Assembly: GCA_965226885.1 (NCBI GenBank)
Contig: CBDDEL010000014.1
Span: forward strand, 256,001-320,000
Source: Opitutales bacterium
Lineage (GTDB): Bacteria; Verrucomicrobiota; Verrucomicrobiia; Opitutales; UBA2987
Reading direction: 5' to 3'
Length of the DNA: 64,000 nt
This document shows, piece after piece, positions 21,002 through 32,052 of this stretch (the stretch's first letter is position 1; each line of letters opens with the position of its first letter). Under the pieces are notes generated by a model, which worked only from the letters and a program-made list of their open reading frames with translations, searched no databases and was not told the DNA's origin. The position numbers and the translations under genes are program-made.

Positions 21002-22503
21002 AAAGCCCCTCCTGGAATCTTGAGCAGTTCGCTGTAGGCACCGAGGTCAGGGGCGGCCACACGGACGTGACGCAGGTGTGGATGGCCGTCCAGCCGGAAG
21101 GTTCTGCTCCCGTAGTCTTCCTGAGGATAGAGATACTGGGCGATGGCCTCACGAGTCAGTCCCCCCACCCGCAGGGCCGAGACGACGGCCTGCTGCAAGG
21201 CCGCCATGGGGTGTTTCTCCAACAGCCGCAGCACCCGGATATACTCCCGGGTGCCTTCGCCCCCGCATTGGCTTTCGAGCCGGCGTCTGAGGACCTGCAG
21301 GCACTGCGGCAACTGCCAGCCCGAGAGTGGGCGGGCGAAGTCCAAAGCGCCCGGTTTTTTCTCCAGCAAAGCCAGGTAGTGCACCGGCTCGAAAGAGACT
21401 TGCTCTTTATCCCAAATGCGGCGGTGCCGGGCCACCTCTTGGCCCCCACAGAAGATCACCACCTGCCGACAGGACCCTTCCACCACCACCGGATGGTGGG
21501 CGCAGCGCACCGGCACCGAATAGTCGTTGCACTCGAAGCGCACCAGCGAGAGGCTGCTGACGCAGGTCGAGCGTTTGCGGCTCGCTTCAAAGGGTATGGG
21601 CGGCAACGCCAGCATGACGGCGCGCTCCTCGGCCAGCAGTTCCTTTTTCACCGCCCTTTTCCCGCGTAATTTACGCTCCATGTCCCGCTCACATGCCTCC
21701 AACAGCTCTGCGTTGAGTTCCTCCAGGTCCCGAACCTGCGGTACCGGTACCAGGAAGTTGGCCCGGGCATAACGCACGATCCCCTCGACCACGCCCTTCT
21801 CGTTGGGCCGGGCGGGCAGACAGAAGTGTTCCTCGAACAGGTAATGGCTCTGTAGCTGCAGAAACCCGTCGGTCAGCTTGCGTTCACGCGAACCGATAAT
21901 CTTACCCACCGCCACCTTCGAGTTGTCATAGCTGATGCGCCGGGGCACCGCCCCGAAAAACTCAAAAGCTCGCAGGTGCCCCTCCCAGAAGCTCTCCGTG
22001 CACTCCCGTTCGAACACCTGCACGAAAAAGGCATCGCTGTAGGGCAGGCTCATGGCAAAAAATGGCCGCCTACGCAATTGCCCCGCCTCCTTCACCAGGG
22101 CATGACCGAAGTCCACCTGTCCCTCCCCGGGGCGGTGCTCCAGCGGCACGAACACTTCCCGCCGCCTCGCTCGCAGCTCGGCCACCACCTCCTTGACCGC
22201 CGTGTAGCCCCCTTGGTAGCCCTTCTCCCGACCCAAACGCTGGTAGATCCGTTTGGCCGTATGGCGCTGCTTCTTGGGCACGTTCCGGTCCGCTTTGAGC
22301 ACCTCCTCGATCCAGCCCACATACGGATCGATCTTGCGCTCTCGCCTCTTCTTGCGCCGGTATCCCGGCGGCTGGGAATAGGCCAGCATCTTTCCCAGGG
22401 TCTCCCAGTGCAGTCCCTCTTCTCGCATTACAGAGCGCTTGCTCTGCTTGTCCCGCAGCACTTTGTGCCGCACTCTTGTCCATTGCTTCATATCTCGATA
22501 CAC
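20998..22503 (-). CDS. istA: IS21 transposase IstA
   Basis: DDE motifs; near-identical to 11522-13027. Confidence 0.95.
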   Translation of the reverse strand: MYRDMKQWTRVRHKVLRDKQSKRSVMREEGLHWETLGKMLAYSQPPGYRRKKRRERKIDPYVGWIEEVLKADRNVPKKQRHTAKRIYQRLGREKGYQGGYTAVKEVVAELRARRREVFVPLEHRPGEGQVDFGHALVKEAGQLRRRPFFAMSLPYSDAFFVQVFERECTESFWEGHLRAFEFFGAVPRRISYDNSKVAVGKIIGSRERKLTDGFLQLQSHYLFEEHFCLPARPNEKGVVEGIVRYARANFLVPVPQVRDLEELNAELLEACERDMERKLRGKRAVKKELLAEERAVMLALPPIPFEASRKRSTCVSSLSLVRFECNDYSVPVRCAHHPVVVEGSCRQVVIFCGGQEVARHRRIWDKEQVSFEPVHYLALLEKKPGALDFARPLSGWQLPQCLQVLRRRLESQCGGEGTREYIRVLRLLEKHPMAALQQAVVSALRVGGLTREAIAQYLYPQEDYGSRTFRLDGHPHLRHVRVAAPDLGAYSELLKIPGGAL

Positions 22504-22744
22504 TCCTCCTTTCTAGGATAAGCGTACCGGTTTTAAAGCGCCCTCTTTACCGTACCGGTTTTTCCCCGGCGTTTACAACCGCTGAATGTATTTTATCTTT
22601 TTATGGGAGAGCGTCATGGGTGCTGCCTCATTGCCATCGAATAAAATATAACCCTCGTAAATTCAAGCATCTCCTTTATCTCAAGGAGGTGGGGTTTTCC
22701 AGATATTTTCACTATCCAATGGCTAGAATAGAAATCCGGCCGGT

Positions 22745-24112
22745 TTAACGTCCTAGGCCAAATAGGATGACGTATATGGTTTTCAGGCAAATCGACAAAT
22801 CGAGCAAAAGCGAATAGTGGCGGACATAATAGAGGTCGTATTTTAATTTTTCGACGGCGTCGCGATCGTTTTCGCCATAGGGATAATTGACCTGCGCCCA
22901 GCCCGTTATGCCGGGTTTTACCAAATGGCGAAAATGATAAAAGGGAATCTTTCTTTCGTAAATTTCAACGATTTTTTTCCATTCCGCTCTTGGCCCGATG
23001 ACACTCATTTCGCCCCTCAGGACATTCCACAATTGAAGCAGTTCGTCCAATCGGGTAACTCTCAGGAATGAGCCGACACGGGTGATGCGCTTATCTTCGG
23101 ACCGAGTATAAAGATCCTCCTCTTCCGATCCGACGATCATGGTGCGAAATTTATACAAGGTGAATGGTTTTTCATCGCGGCCCACCCGGGTTTGTTTGAA
23201 TACGACCGGGCCGGGGCTGCTCAGTCTGACCATCATGGCGACAATCAGAAGTACCGGCCATAGGATAAGGAATCCTGTCAAAGCGAAAATGATATCGAAA
23301 ATTCGTTTGGCCCTTTCATAAGTCAAACTGCTGTTGAGCCGGAAGCCTTCTTCAAAAGCCCAATAAGGTGATACCTGGGAAACAGGAACCATTTTCCAAT
23401 GGATGGCAAAAAAAGTGTAAAGTGTCTGCACCTGGGCTTTCATGAAATGAATGGACACCAATTTTTCCAGAAGGGATTGAGGCAAATTCTCCGCTTTTTC
23501 AGCAATGACAATGGAATCCACTTCCAGCCCCTCGGTTTCCACAGCCTCGACCAGGTCTCCTTGAATTATGGGCGATGATAAATCCCCGCTGACCAAGTTT
23601 TCCCCTTTTCTTTCCAGGGTGGGATCGAAAAAGACCAGATTTTGGGGCCAGTTATTGGTTTTAAGAACATGAAAAAAATCCACAGCTTGCTCTCCCACGC
23701 CCACAATGTAAAGGGACCGATTGACCAGTGTTTTGCGCGTCATGGTGGCCAGCATATAGCGTCCCCCCAGCGTCCAGAGTGGGAAGACGATCAAAACCAT
23801 AGCCACGTTGGCCCGAGCCGCAATGACGCCTGTTAAAAAGTAGATGAGAAACAAAACGAGAAAAAAATTGATGACCGATGCGATGATATGCTCGCTGGCA
23901 AAGCGCAAACTGCGCATATCGATAGATCGGTTGTAACCGCCGATCACAGCTATCGTCAGGATGGTCGATGGGAGTAAAACAGAGAACACATAAGGATCGA
24001 AATAGGAGGCGAAATTTTCCGAAAACCTCACCCGCAGAGATAACACGTAAAACCCGGTCAGGCATAAAACGTCCAGTAAAAGGAGGAATAGCTTAAAAAA
24101 TATCCTGCTCAT
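22745..24112 (-). CDS. Polyprenyl-phosphate sugar-1-phosphate transferase (WcaJ/WbaP-like initiating transferase)
   Basis: N-terminal TM helices, CoA-binding-like middle region, C-terminal KRIFD...KFRTM...RLDEL..LWNVLRGEMS.IGPR...KPGITGWAQV...DLYY. Confidence 0.93.
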   Translation of the reverse strand: MSRIFFKLFLLLLDVLCLTGFYVLSLRVRFSENFASYFDPYVFSVLLPSTILTIAVIGGYNRSIDMRSLRFASEHIIASVINFFLVLFLIYFLTGVIAARANVAMVLIVFPLWTLGGRYMLATMTRKTLVNRSLYIVGVGEQAVDFFHVLKTNNWPQNLVFFDPTLERKGENLVSGDLSSPIIQGDLVEAVETEGLEVDSIVIAEKAENLPQSLLEKLVSIHFMKAQVQTLYTFFAIHWKMVPVSQVSPYWAFEEGFRLNSSLTYERAKRIFDIIFALTGFLILWPVLLIVAMMVRLSSPGPVVFKQTRVGRDEKPFTLYKFRTMIVGSEEEDLYTRSEDKRITRVGSFLRVTRLDELLQLWNVLRGEMSVIGPRAEWKKIVEIYERKIPFYHFRHLVKPGITGWAQVNYPYGENDRDAVEKLKYDLYYVRHYSLLLDLSICLKTIYVILFGLGR

Positions 24113-24141
24113 GGCAAATAACCGTTTTCTCAGTGCGCCTC

Positions 24142-24696
24142 TTAAAACGGCTTCATTTTGATGATTTTGGCCGGATTTCCCGCGACGACCGCCCCATCCG
24201 GTACATCCTTGACCACCACTGCGCGAGCTCCCACCACTGTCCCCCGGCCGACGGATATACCGGGGCCGATAAAGGCCTCGCTACACACCCAACTGCCATC
24301 GCCGATGGAAATGGGCGGCCTTAGAAGGGGCAGGTGGGGTTTACTAATATCATGCGTACCCGCGCACAGATGCGCCCTATGCGATACCAGCACATTGGCC
24401 CCGATGGAAATTTTGCCCAGGTTGTAAATATCCACCCCCCACCCGATGGTGGACCAATCACCGATTTTGAATTGCCAGGGATAAAAAATATTGGCCGATG
24501 GGTAAATCCGCACCTTCCGCCCGACTTTCGCCCCGAATAAGCGCAGAAGCAAATTTCGCCACCCGTATAAATGGCGCGGACTGAACCTGAATAGCGGCCT
24601 TATCAACGCCCAGGCTACACGGGTCAGCAAAACCCCCTTGTCATAATTGAGGTTCTTCCGGTGGGCGGAAATATCTATCTGTGATTCGTCGCTCAT
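24142..24696 (-). CDS. WcaF-like hexapeptide-repeat O-acetyltransferase
   Basis: LLRLFGAKVG, HLCAGTHD, VVAGNPAK; left-handed beta-helix repeats. Confidence 0.88.
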   Translation of the reverse strand: MSDESQIDISAHRKNLNYDKGVLLTRVAWALIRPLFRFSPRHLYGWRNLLLRLFGAKVGRKVRIYPSANIFYPWQFKIGDWSTIGWGVDIYNLGKISIGANVLVSHRAHLCAGTHDISKPHLPLLRPPISIGDGSWVCSEAFIGPGISVGRGTVVGARAVVVKDVPDGAVVAGNPAKIIKMKPF

Positions 24697-24800
24697 TTGT
24701 CCATGCCACTCAATCGGCAAAACCCATTAATGACAAAAACCGCCAACTATTCAATCTTTCAAAACAAAACACAATCCGGCTTCGGCCCATTGCCTGGCGC

Positions 24801-25179
24801 TTATTCGTAAACCTCGATCATTGATTGAACCGCATTGAGGTTGGAAAATCGCTCCTCAATTAACTCCCTCCCTCCGATGACCATCGCCGCTCGCTCCGCA
24901 TCGCTCAGTAAAATGGCCTTTGTCAGAGCCCCAGCCAGAGGGTCGACGCCGGTTTCGATCCACCAACCGCAACGATGAGTTGACAAACTACCCCTCTGGG
25001 CTCCTTTGGTCGCGCTTACCGGCATTTCGCAAGCCAGAGTTTCCGCCACGCCAATCCGAAATTCTCCCCGTAATTCGGCAGTACGAACAGATCGCCCTCT
25101 TGTAAAGGGACCACTTGGACTCGTCCTCGACCAGTCCAAGGAAGATAAAATCCTCTTCCAAATGCAAAGTTTCGATCAA
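24801..25179 (-). pseudogene. Glycosyltransferase family 4, C-terminal remnant
   Basis: FIFLGLVEDESKW, VAETLACEMPV..TKGA and CGWWIETGVDPL fragments in different frames; 5' part missing. Confidence 0.75.
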
Positions 25180-25260
25180 TTCTTCGAATTAATTAGTAAA
25201 ACGGATTCCTCTTAAACGATTAAATAATCTCCAATACCTATAATGACGCATAAAAAATAA

Positions 25261-27391
25261 GGTAGTGTATTAAGTAGGAATGGTGGCTAATTCTTGATTA
25301 TATTGATGAATGAAAAGTCTCAGACAGGTTTCATGCATACTCTTAAGCTTGGAAAAGGAGAGGGTTTTGCGTGTGAAACGACCCAGTCGTTGGCGCAGGG
25401 TATTGTTCCATCGTTCCACATGGGCCGTTTCACCGGTTTCTTTTCCCACGGATCGGTTATGGAATGACGTGTACTGGATTTGTTGGACACGGGATTCTCT
25501 TATATTCATTGTTTATTGATTAGTGTGTCAGGCGGCTTGTTTTGGTAAAGGGTTTTGTTTTCTCGTTGCCCCCCATGGGGGGCAAATATTTTCCTCGAAT
25601 TGGACTGGGCTTTGGTAACTCAGAGAGGAATGTTTGCGATATCGGTTGTAGAAGATTTCCACGTATTCGAAGACAGTTGATCGCAGTTCGCGCTCGTCGG
25701 CAAAGTGGCGGCCTCGAATCGTGCTGGTCTTGAAGCGGCCGTAGAACGATTCCATGGCCGCGTTGTCGTAGCAGTTGCCTTGGGCGCTCATGCTCGGCTT
25801 CATGCCTAGTTCAGAGACCAGCCTCTGATAGTCGTCGCTGCCGTAGGGGCTGCCCCGATCGCTGTGATGAATAATCCCGGTGCGCAGTGTGCCGCGGGTC
25901 ATGGCCGCGGCTTTGAGGGCCTTGCCAACCAGCTTCGCGTCGTTGTGGTTGGAAACGCTCCAGCCCAGCAGGCGTCGGCTGAACAGGTCCATCACCGTGG
26001 CCAAGTACATCCAACCGGCCAGGGTCCGTAGGTAGGTCGTGTCCGCCACCCAGACCTCGTCGATATGGGTCGGCTGGCCATGCTTTTTAAGCACATTGGG
26101 GCTGTAACCATAGGGATGGTTACTGTTGGTTTTTAATGGCTTAAAGCGTTTACTCTGGGTGCTTTTGATTCCCATTTCACGCATCAGACGCAGAGCCCGG
26201 TCACGGCCGCAATCGATGCCCTCATCATCCTTCAGATGGCGGTGCATTGGCCGATGCCCATAGCGGCCCTTGGCCTCTTTGTGTACCTTCAGGATCGCCC
26301 CCTTGATTCCCTCGTCCTCGATCCGCCGGGCCGAGGGCGCTCGGTGCCTCCAGCAGTAATAGCCACTGCGACAAATCCCCATCGCCGAGCATATTTCCTC
26401 GATCTTGAAGCGCCCCTCGTTGTCTTTGACAAACTGGTACTTCATTGTTCGTCCTTGGCAAAGTAGCCCACCGTTTTTTTTAGTATCTGGTTGATCCGCT
26501 CCGAGCGGCGCAGCTCTTTGCGAAGACGATCTATCTCGGCCGCCATCTCCTTCGGACTGCTCTGTCGCTTTGAGGTGGCTTCGCCCTGCTGATCGTCCAG
26601 ATAGAGCCTCTTCCACCTATACAATTGGTTGGTGTTGACCCCAAGTTTGGTCGATACCTCGGTGGCGCTCAGACCATCGAGTATCATCAGTTGAACTGCC
26701 TCATTTTTGAACTCTATACTAAAGCGTCTTCTTCCCATGCTTCGATTCTCCATTTAGGAGAATCTCGTGTCCACTTTTTCCAGTGCACATCAGAAAGACT
26801 TCATCATAAGTGCTCCAAAAGTCGCTGTAGGTGGCACATCTTTTGTAGGCCCGTGGCAGACGCTCGTAAAGTTCCCGGCAACGATACCAATCCCGAGGCC
26901 CAATGGCATAGGAGAGGATTTGACGGGTGCGTCGGCAAAGAGCGATCCAAACCCATTGGGCATCGCTCTTGCGCCCCACAAAAGACCACAGTTCGTCCAG
27001 TTCAATGACATCATGGCGGCGGGCCGCAAGAATCGTGCTTTTGAGCGGTCGCAGCGGTTGTCGTTTTTTTTAACCAACTCAAAACGGTGTTGGGACTCAC
27101 CCCGAAGGCGCGCTGTAAACCGCGTAGACTGCTGCGTTCCTGATAGACTCGAAGGATCATTTCTTTTTGCTCTTCGGTGTATTTCACTGTGGGGTTTTCG
27201 CGGCTTTGTTTACCACAATCATGGCAGCGGTAGCGCTGTTTATGGTTGGGCGTCTTGCCAAATTTAATGATATTTTCTCTTCCACAGTGCCGACAATTAA
27301 TAATTTTAGTAACCATGCACTAAAAATAAACTGCCTAACGCTATTTGTACAGCTAAAAATACAAAATAACATTCTTTTTTTATACACTACC
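25261..27391 (-). mobile_element. IS1-family element type A, interrupted by IS3, no TSD
   Basis: Both IRs present; flanks AAAAATAA vs CAGTATGG differ. Confidence 0.92.
25465..26792 (-). mobile_element. IS3-family insertion sequence, copy 2
   Basis: IRs as copy 1; TSD GAA; orfA 26442-26753, orfB 25528-26445. Confidence 0.95.
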
Positions 27392-28188
27392 CAGTATGGG
27401 CCATGGCGTATTCCCAACCACGCAGACTGGCTGCGAGAAATTTCGCCGTTCGCTCGGGATGGTCCTTCAATTCCCTCTCTGAAGTAATAATGCAGTCGCC
27501 ATAAAAATCGATACCATAATCGGAAGGGCGAAACATGATAAACGGCAGGTCCCTATTTTTCAGGTAATAGGGCAAAGTAGTGATATAGCCCGGAACTACG
27601 TCGGATTTATTAGATACAAAATTACTGAGATATGAGCTGAGAGGAATGATGTTGTTTGTTAGTTGATCATGAGAAATACCCTCCCGTTGGAACATACCCA
27701 GAACATCTGGGTTTCTCCTCATATGCCCCAGTGTCAGACGCTTTCCCACTATGTCATGCAAATATTTTATTCCCGCATCAGTCCTGGCGAACAAGGCCGC
27801 TGGAGAATGCTGGAAAATAGCGGCAAGAACAACAACTGGCTGACCTTTTAAACGGGCTTGAAGCACTTCGGACAGAGCGACACCGTAATTGGCTTCTCCA
27901 TTCAAAACATTTTCAATATACCTACCATCTGCTGGAGTTTCCAATAATTGGACCATAAATCCCGCTTCCCGTTAAAAATCCTTTTTCTTTGGCAGCATAA
28001 TACCCGGCAAACTGGAATTGATGAAACCACCGCAATTGCAGGGAGACAATCTCGAGGCCATCTTTCGTTAAAGCCGGTTCATACTCAACGCCTTCCAACG
28101 GCAAAGAGGAAAGGATCGGAAAGAAACACAAAAAACACGCAATCAGCGCAAAGCTCCCTTGCCTGCGACAATGAATCCCCCATTCCAT
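27392..28188 (-). pseudogene. NMT1/THI5-like periplasmic-binding-domain protein (probably the sensor N-terminus of a kinase or cyclase), frameshifted and truncated
   Basis: Signal peptide, LQLRWFHQFQFAGYYAAKEKGF, VLAAIFQHSP, YGIDFYGD, SLRGWEYAM; frameshift near 27975; cut by IS1. Confidence 0.8.
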
Positions 28189-28404
28189 ACCATATTTTAT
28201 AATTAGAGGCTGTCCCAAAAGGGTGATTTTTGCGAGGGCTTTTGATAGGCGCTCATTTTAGAGGTATTTGCATTTGGGAGAGTATCAACTTTGCTCTCCT
28301 ATGACGTTAGGATACTGGTTTTGGGGTCCGGTTGCCTGGTATTCTTTGTATGAGCCGACAGTAAGGCTGTGAAAAAGTATTGTCCTTGCTTTTCCGCTCT
28401 CTAG

Positions 28405-29982
28405 CCCGGATATTTCATGAAGGGTAAAGTTTGGCTCGTGTTTGGCTCGTTATTGCTATTGGAGATGGATTTCTTTGTATTTTGAGCAGATCGTCTTGAT
28501 TTTTAGGTGTTTTTCAGGGTGTAGAGACACTGCCCCCTTTCCCCCATTGGTTCGGTAGTGCCGGGGGCAGCACCAATGCACCCTTTAGGTTGGCACCAAT
28601 CGGCGGGCCGCATGGTTGAAAAGACTGGCCCAAGGATAACTCTCACTTAGGTGAAAGTGAATCGTTCGGGTGTTGCGCACGATGACCGCTCCGATCTTGA
28701 TTAATTTGAGCCGCAGGGTGTGGCATTGGGCCCGCGCCCACTTCGTCCCTTTTAAGGCTAACCGGCGCATGGCTTCCATCAAGGTGTAGGCCAGCGCCGA
28801 CAAGAGCAATCGGCACTGATTGGCCCACCATTGATGGGCGCTGGTGCGCTCGCTGAACAATTGCATCTGTTCCTTGATTCGGTTCTCCATTTCACCGCGG
28901 CCACAGTATACCTTGTCGTAAAGCTCCTGGGGATCGCCCGGCAGGTTCGTCACCACGAAGCGCGGGTTGGACCCCTGTGCGGTGTGTTCGGCTTTATGGA
29001 TGACCAACCGCAGCCATCGCCACGAATCGGCAGCATAGACGAAGTCCTGGAATAACCGTTGTTTTTTACCCCTTAGTTCGAACCATTCTTTGGCCTGCTT
29101 TTGCAACTGCTGGGCGTCTTGCTGCAAGCGTGCATTGCGAGCCATCCCCACGATGTAACTAACTTCGTTGCGGTCGCACCAAGAGAGTATCCGGGCTCGA
29201 CAAAATCCACTGTCGGCGCGCCAAATAATCCGCGTACGGGGCCAGCTTTGGCGCATCCGTTTAACCAGCAATTTGAGGATGACCCCGGCATGCTTGCTGG
29301 CATCGATCTTGCTCGGCCGCAGGTAGGCCACCAGCAGCTGATCACCGCAAAAAACATATAGCGGCAGAAAACAGTAATGATCATAATAACCGTGGAAAAA
29401 ACGTCCCTCCTGGAGCCCGTGCACCGGATTGTCGGTGGCGTCAAAGTCCAGGATGATCTCTTCGGGTTCCTCGGCAAAGGAGCCCATGAACTGTTCGACC
29501 AACAGCTCGTTTACCGCAAAGGCCGCCCGCCGATCCTGCCCGTTTTCAAAACGACACAAAGTCGGCGCGCTGGCCAACGTTTCAATGCGCCCCGTTACCG
29601 TTTGCAACAATGGATCGTGGCGCAGGGTATCAAAGTCGTTCAAATCCTCATAGCCCGCCACCAGCCCGTAAACGCGCTGCCGCAGCATCCCCAATACCTC
29701 ATGGCGTACTTTGCCCTTCTGCCGTTTGTCCACTAACTGTCGGGCCGCTCGTTCGGTCAAGCCCAACTGCCGATCCACTTCCCGGATCAAAAGCAGTCCG
29801 GCATCCGAAGTAACCTCTCCGCCCTTGAAATCAACCCGCACACGGCGGCCTTTTACCCTTGTCAACTGTCGCTTTAATTGTTTACCTTTTGTCATCGCTG
29901 ATATTGCTTTAATTATTGATCTATCCTGCTGTATATCAGCAGTTAAGCATATCAACGATACTTTTTTTACGAAATATCCGGG
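28405..29982 (-). mobile_element. IS1380-family insertion sequence, copy 4
   Basis: IRs; CTAG TSD at the host transposase stop codon; 11-bp duplication at 28429-28450; intact ORF 28585-29895. Confidence 0.95.
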
Positions 29983-30921
29983 CTAGGCCGCCGCTTTGGT
30001 TTTTAGTTCGTCTTGCTGGGCCAGCATCTTGGCTACTTTCCATAGGTTGTGCGAGAGTACCGACCAGGCTACGCTGATCGAGCGGTTGGCAAAGCCTCTG
30101 CTGCGCAACCGCCCGGCCTGCCAGCGATTCTTCAATACCCCGATCCGCCCTTCGGTGCTGGCCCGGCGCTTTTGCAATTGTCTGAACAGTGGTTCCTCCA
30201 TCCGTTTTTTCAACTGCTTCGGATCGCGTGGACAGAGCGCGTCGTAGATTCCCTCCTGGGCTAACTGCCGGCGGGCCCGCTGGGAGGCAAATCCCCGGTC
30301 CGCGCACATGGCCGCTATGGGTTCTTCCAGGTTGAAGCGGTTCTGTCTTTGCAAACTCTCTTGCATTTGTTCATTTTCGCTTGGAGTTCGGCTGCCGTAG
30401 AGTTTCCAGTCCAGCAGGTACCCTTCAACGCTTTCTCCCAAAAACAGGGTGTTGCCGAACTCGACCTCTTGGCCCGCTTTACCTCGCACAATCACCTGCC
30501 CATCGAGTTCGTAAACACTCAAGACTTTCTCTGCGTTTTTCACCTGGCGGCGGCCAATGATCCGCTCGTGCGCCTGTTTGATGACCACCGGGATTTGCTC
30601 GCTCATGCGCTCCATCCGGGCGAGGATCTGTTGGACCTGTTTTTCGCTGTAATCGCTTTGCTCCCAGCAGGCTTGCAATAATTCCCGGTGACTGCGGGCA
30701 TGCTCCCCGATCCGTTTGAGCAGCTTTTTCATCTGCCTCAAGATACCCTTGCGCTGCCGCGCGCTGTCCTTTCGCCGCCGGCTGTGGGTCATCTGTATGC
30801 ACAGCCGATTCATCTGCCGAGCCAAGGGCTCCGGTTCGATCGGCATGCGATGGCGCAAACCGGCCTTCTCGCGGATCAGCCGGATCGCTTTGAGCAACGT
30901 GCCGGCTACATCCTTGAGTAA

Positions 30922-32052
30922 TACCAAATCGCAAAAGGATTGATAAAGATTAAAAAACAGCTATAAAGGCGGAATGAGAAGATATATGGGAACCGATGAA
31001 GACCGTGAACGTATCAAGAAATTGCTCAACAAAGAGGCTGTCGGCTGGCGTAAAGAGCGTTTGGTGGCATTAAAAATGGGCTTCCAGCCGCACCACAGCA
31101 TTGATGAAATTGGAGCCATCGTGGGCCGAGGCAAAGCGACGATCCAGCGTTGGTTTGACAAATATCGTGCTGCAGGGCTCGGGGCGGTGCTTACACGCGC
31201 CTACAAAGGCGGGATCAAAAGCCGTTGCGACAAAGAGGTGGAGGCCTTCTTGCTCAATGGTTTGAAGGTCGCGCGCTGGAACACAGCCGTTCAGGCGGGG
31301 CAAGAGCTGGAGCGACATTTCGGGCGCTCCTTCGCCTACAAGACGGTGTGGCGATGGCTAAAAAAATGCGCCGGGGTGCTTCGAGTCCCTCGGCCCGTGC
31401 ATGAGAAACGGGACTCGGCAAAAGCGGAAGCGTTCAAGCGAGACTTTTTTAAGATCCTCCAGGAGCTTTCCCTCACCCGAGGCAATCGGGTTCGGGTGTG
31501 GTTTGCCGATGAAAGCCGTTTTGGTTTGCTTCCGGTGTACCGCCGGTGCTGGACGCAAAGAGGGCTTCGGCCGCACAAAAAATATCAGACAAGATACCAG
31601 TGGAGCTACTGTTACGGAGCCCTCGACGTGGTCAACGGCGAGATGGTATGCATCCAAACCCCTAGCACGAATCTACAGTGGACGGAGGCTTTCCTCCAAC
31701 AGATCAAAAAGCAATATCCTGAGGAGGAACATGTGGTTGTATGGGACGGGGCAGGCTTCCATCCGCACGACTCGGAGCACCCCAACGTCCCCCCGGGCAT
31801 ACATATCGTGAATTTGCCGCCGTATAGTCCTGAACTCAACCCGATTGAAAGACTTTGGGATATGATACAGGATCAAACGGCCAACAAACTGTGGCCGAGC
31901 ATTGAGCGACTCGAAGAAGTCGTCGCAACCCATCTCAAAGACTGGTGGGAGGACACTGAAAAAGTCCTCTCTTTAGTTGGCGGAGGCTGGCAGCACATTC
32001 AAGCAAACGCTTCTGCCAAATAACTTATTATCATACCTAATGAGATTTGGTA
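30922..32052 (+). mobile_element. IS630-family insertion sequence
   Basis: IRs TACCAAATC / GATTTGGTA; TA(A) target duplication (boundary ambiguous by 1 nt). Confidence 0.88.
30974..32023 (+). CDS. IS630-family transposase
   Basis: WFADESRF, VVWDGAGFH, LPPYSPELNPIERLW motifs; N-terminal HTH. Confidence 0.94.
   Translation: MRRYMGTDEDRERIKKLLNKEAVGWRKERLVALKMGFQPHHSIDEIGAIVGRGKATIQRWFDKYRAAGLGAVLTRAYKGGIKSRCDKEVEAFLLNGLKVARWNTAVQAGQELERHFGRSFAYKTVWRWLKKCAGVLRVPRPVHEKRDSAKAEAFKRDFFKILQELSLTRGNRVRVWFADESRFGLLPVYRRCWTQRGLRPHKKYQTRYQWSYCYGALDVVNGEMVCIQTPSTNLQWTEAFLQQIKKQYPEEEHVVVWDGAGFHPHDSEHPNVPPGIHIVNLPPYSPELNPIERLWDMIQDQTANKLWPSIERLEEVVATHLKDWWEDTEKVLSLVGGGWQHIQANASAK

Larger units (their letters stand above)
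20061..22577 (-). mobile_element. IS21-family insertion sequence, copy 2 (2517 bp)
   Basis: Same IRs as copy 1; 6-bp TSD ACCGCT; inserted at about codon 13 of paralog C. Confidence 0.95.
13809..22617 (-). pseudogene. O-antigen ligase (Wzy_C)/TPR family protein, paralog C, split by four IS insertion sites (five elements) plus one frameshift
   Basis: Removing IS21, two IS1-A (one carrying IS1-B), IS1380 and their TSDs, and restoring 1 nt at the 16987-16992 homopolymer, gives a 763-aa ORF (MTLSHKKIKYIQRFSGKK...HNDYLQ...TPR). Confidence 0.9.

Noticed and set aside
22590..22617. Suspected frameshift at the start of paralog C
   Set aside because: Recounting the T-run gives an in-frame MTLSHKKIKYIQR; the disruption there is the IS21 insertion
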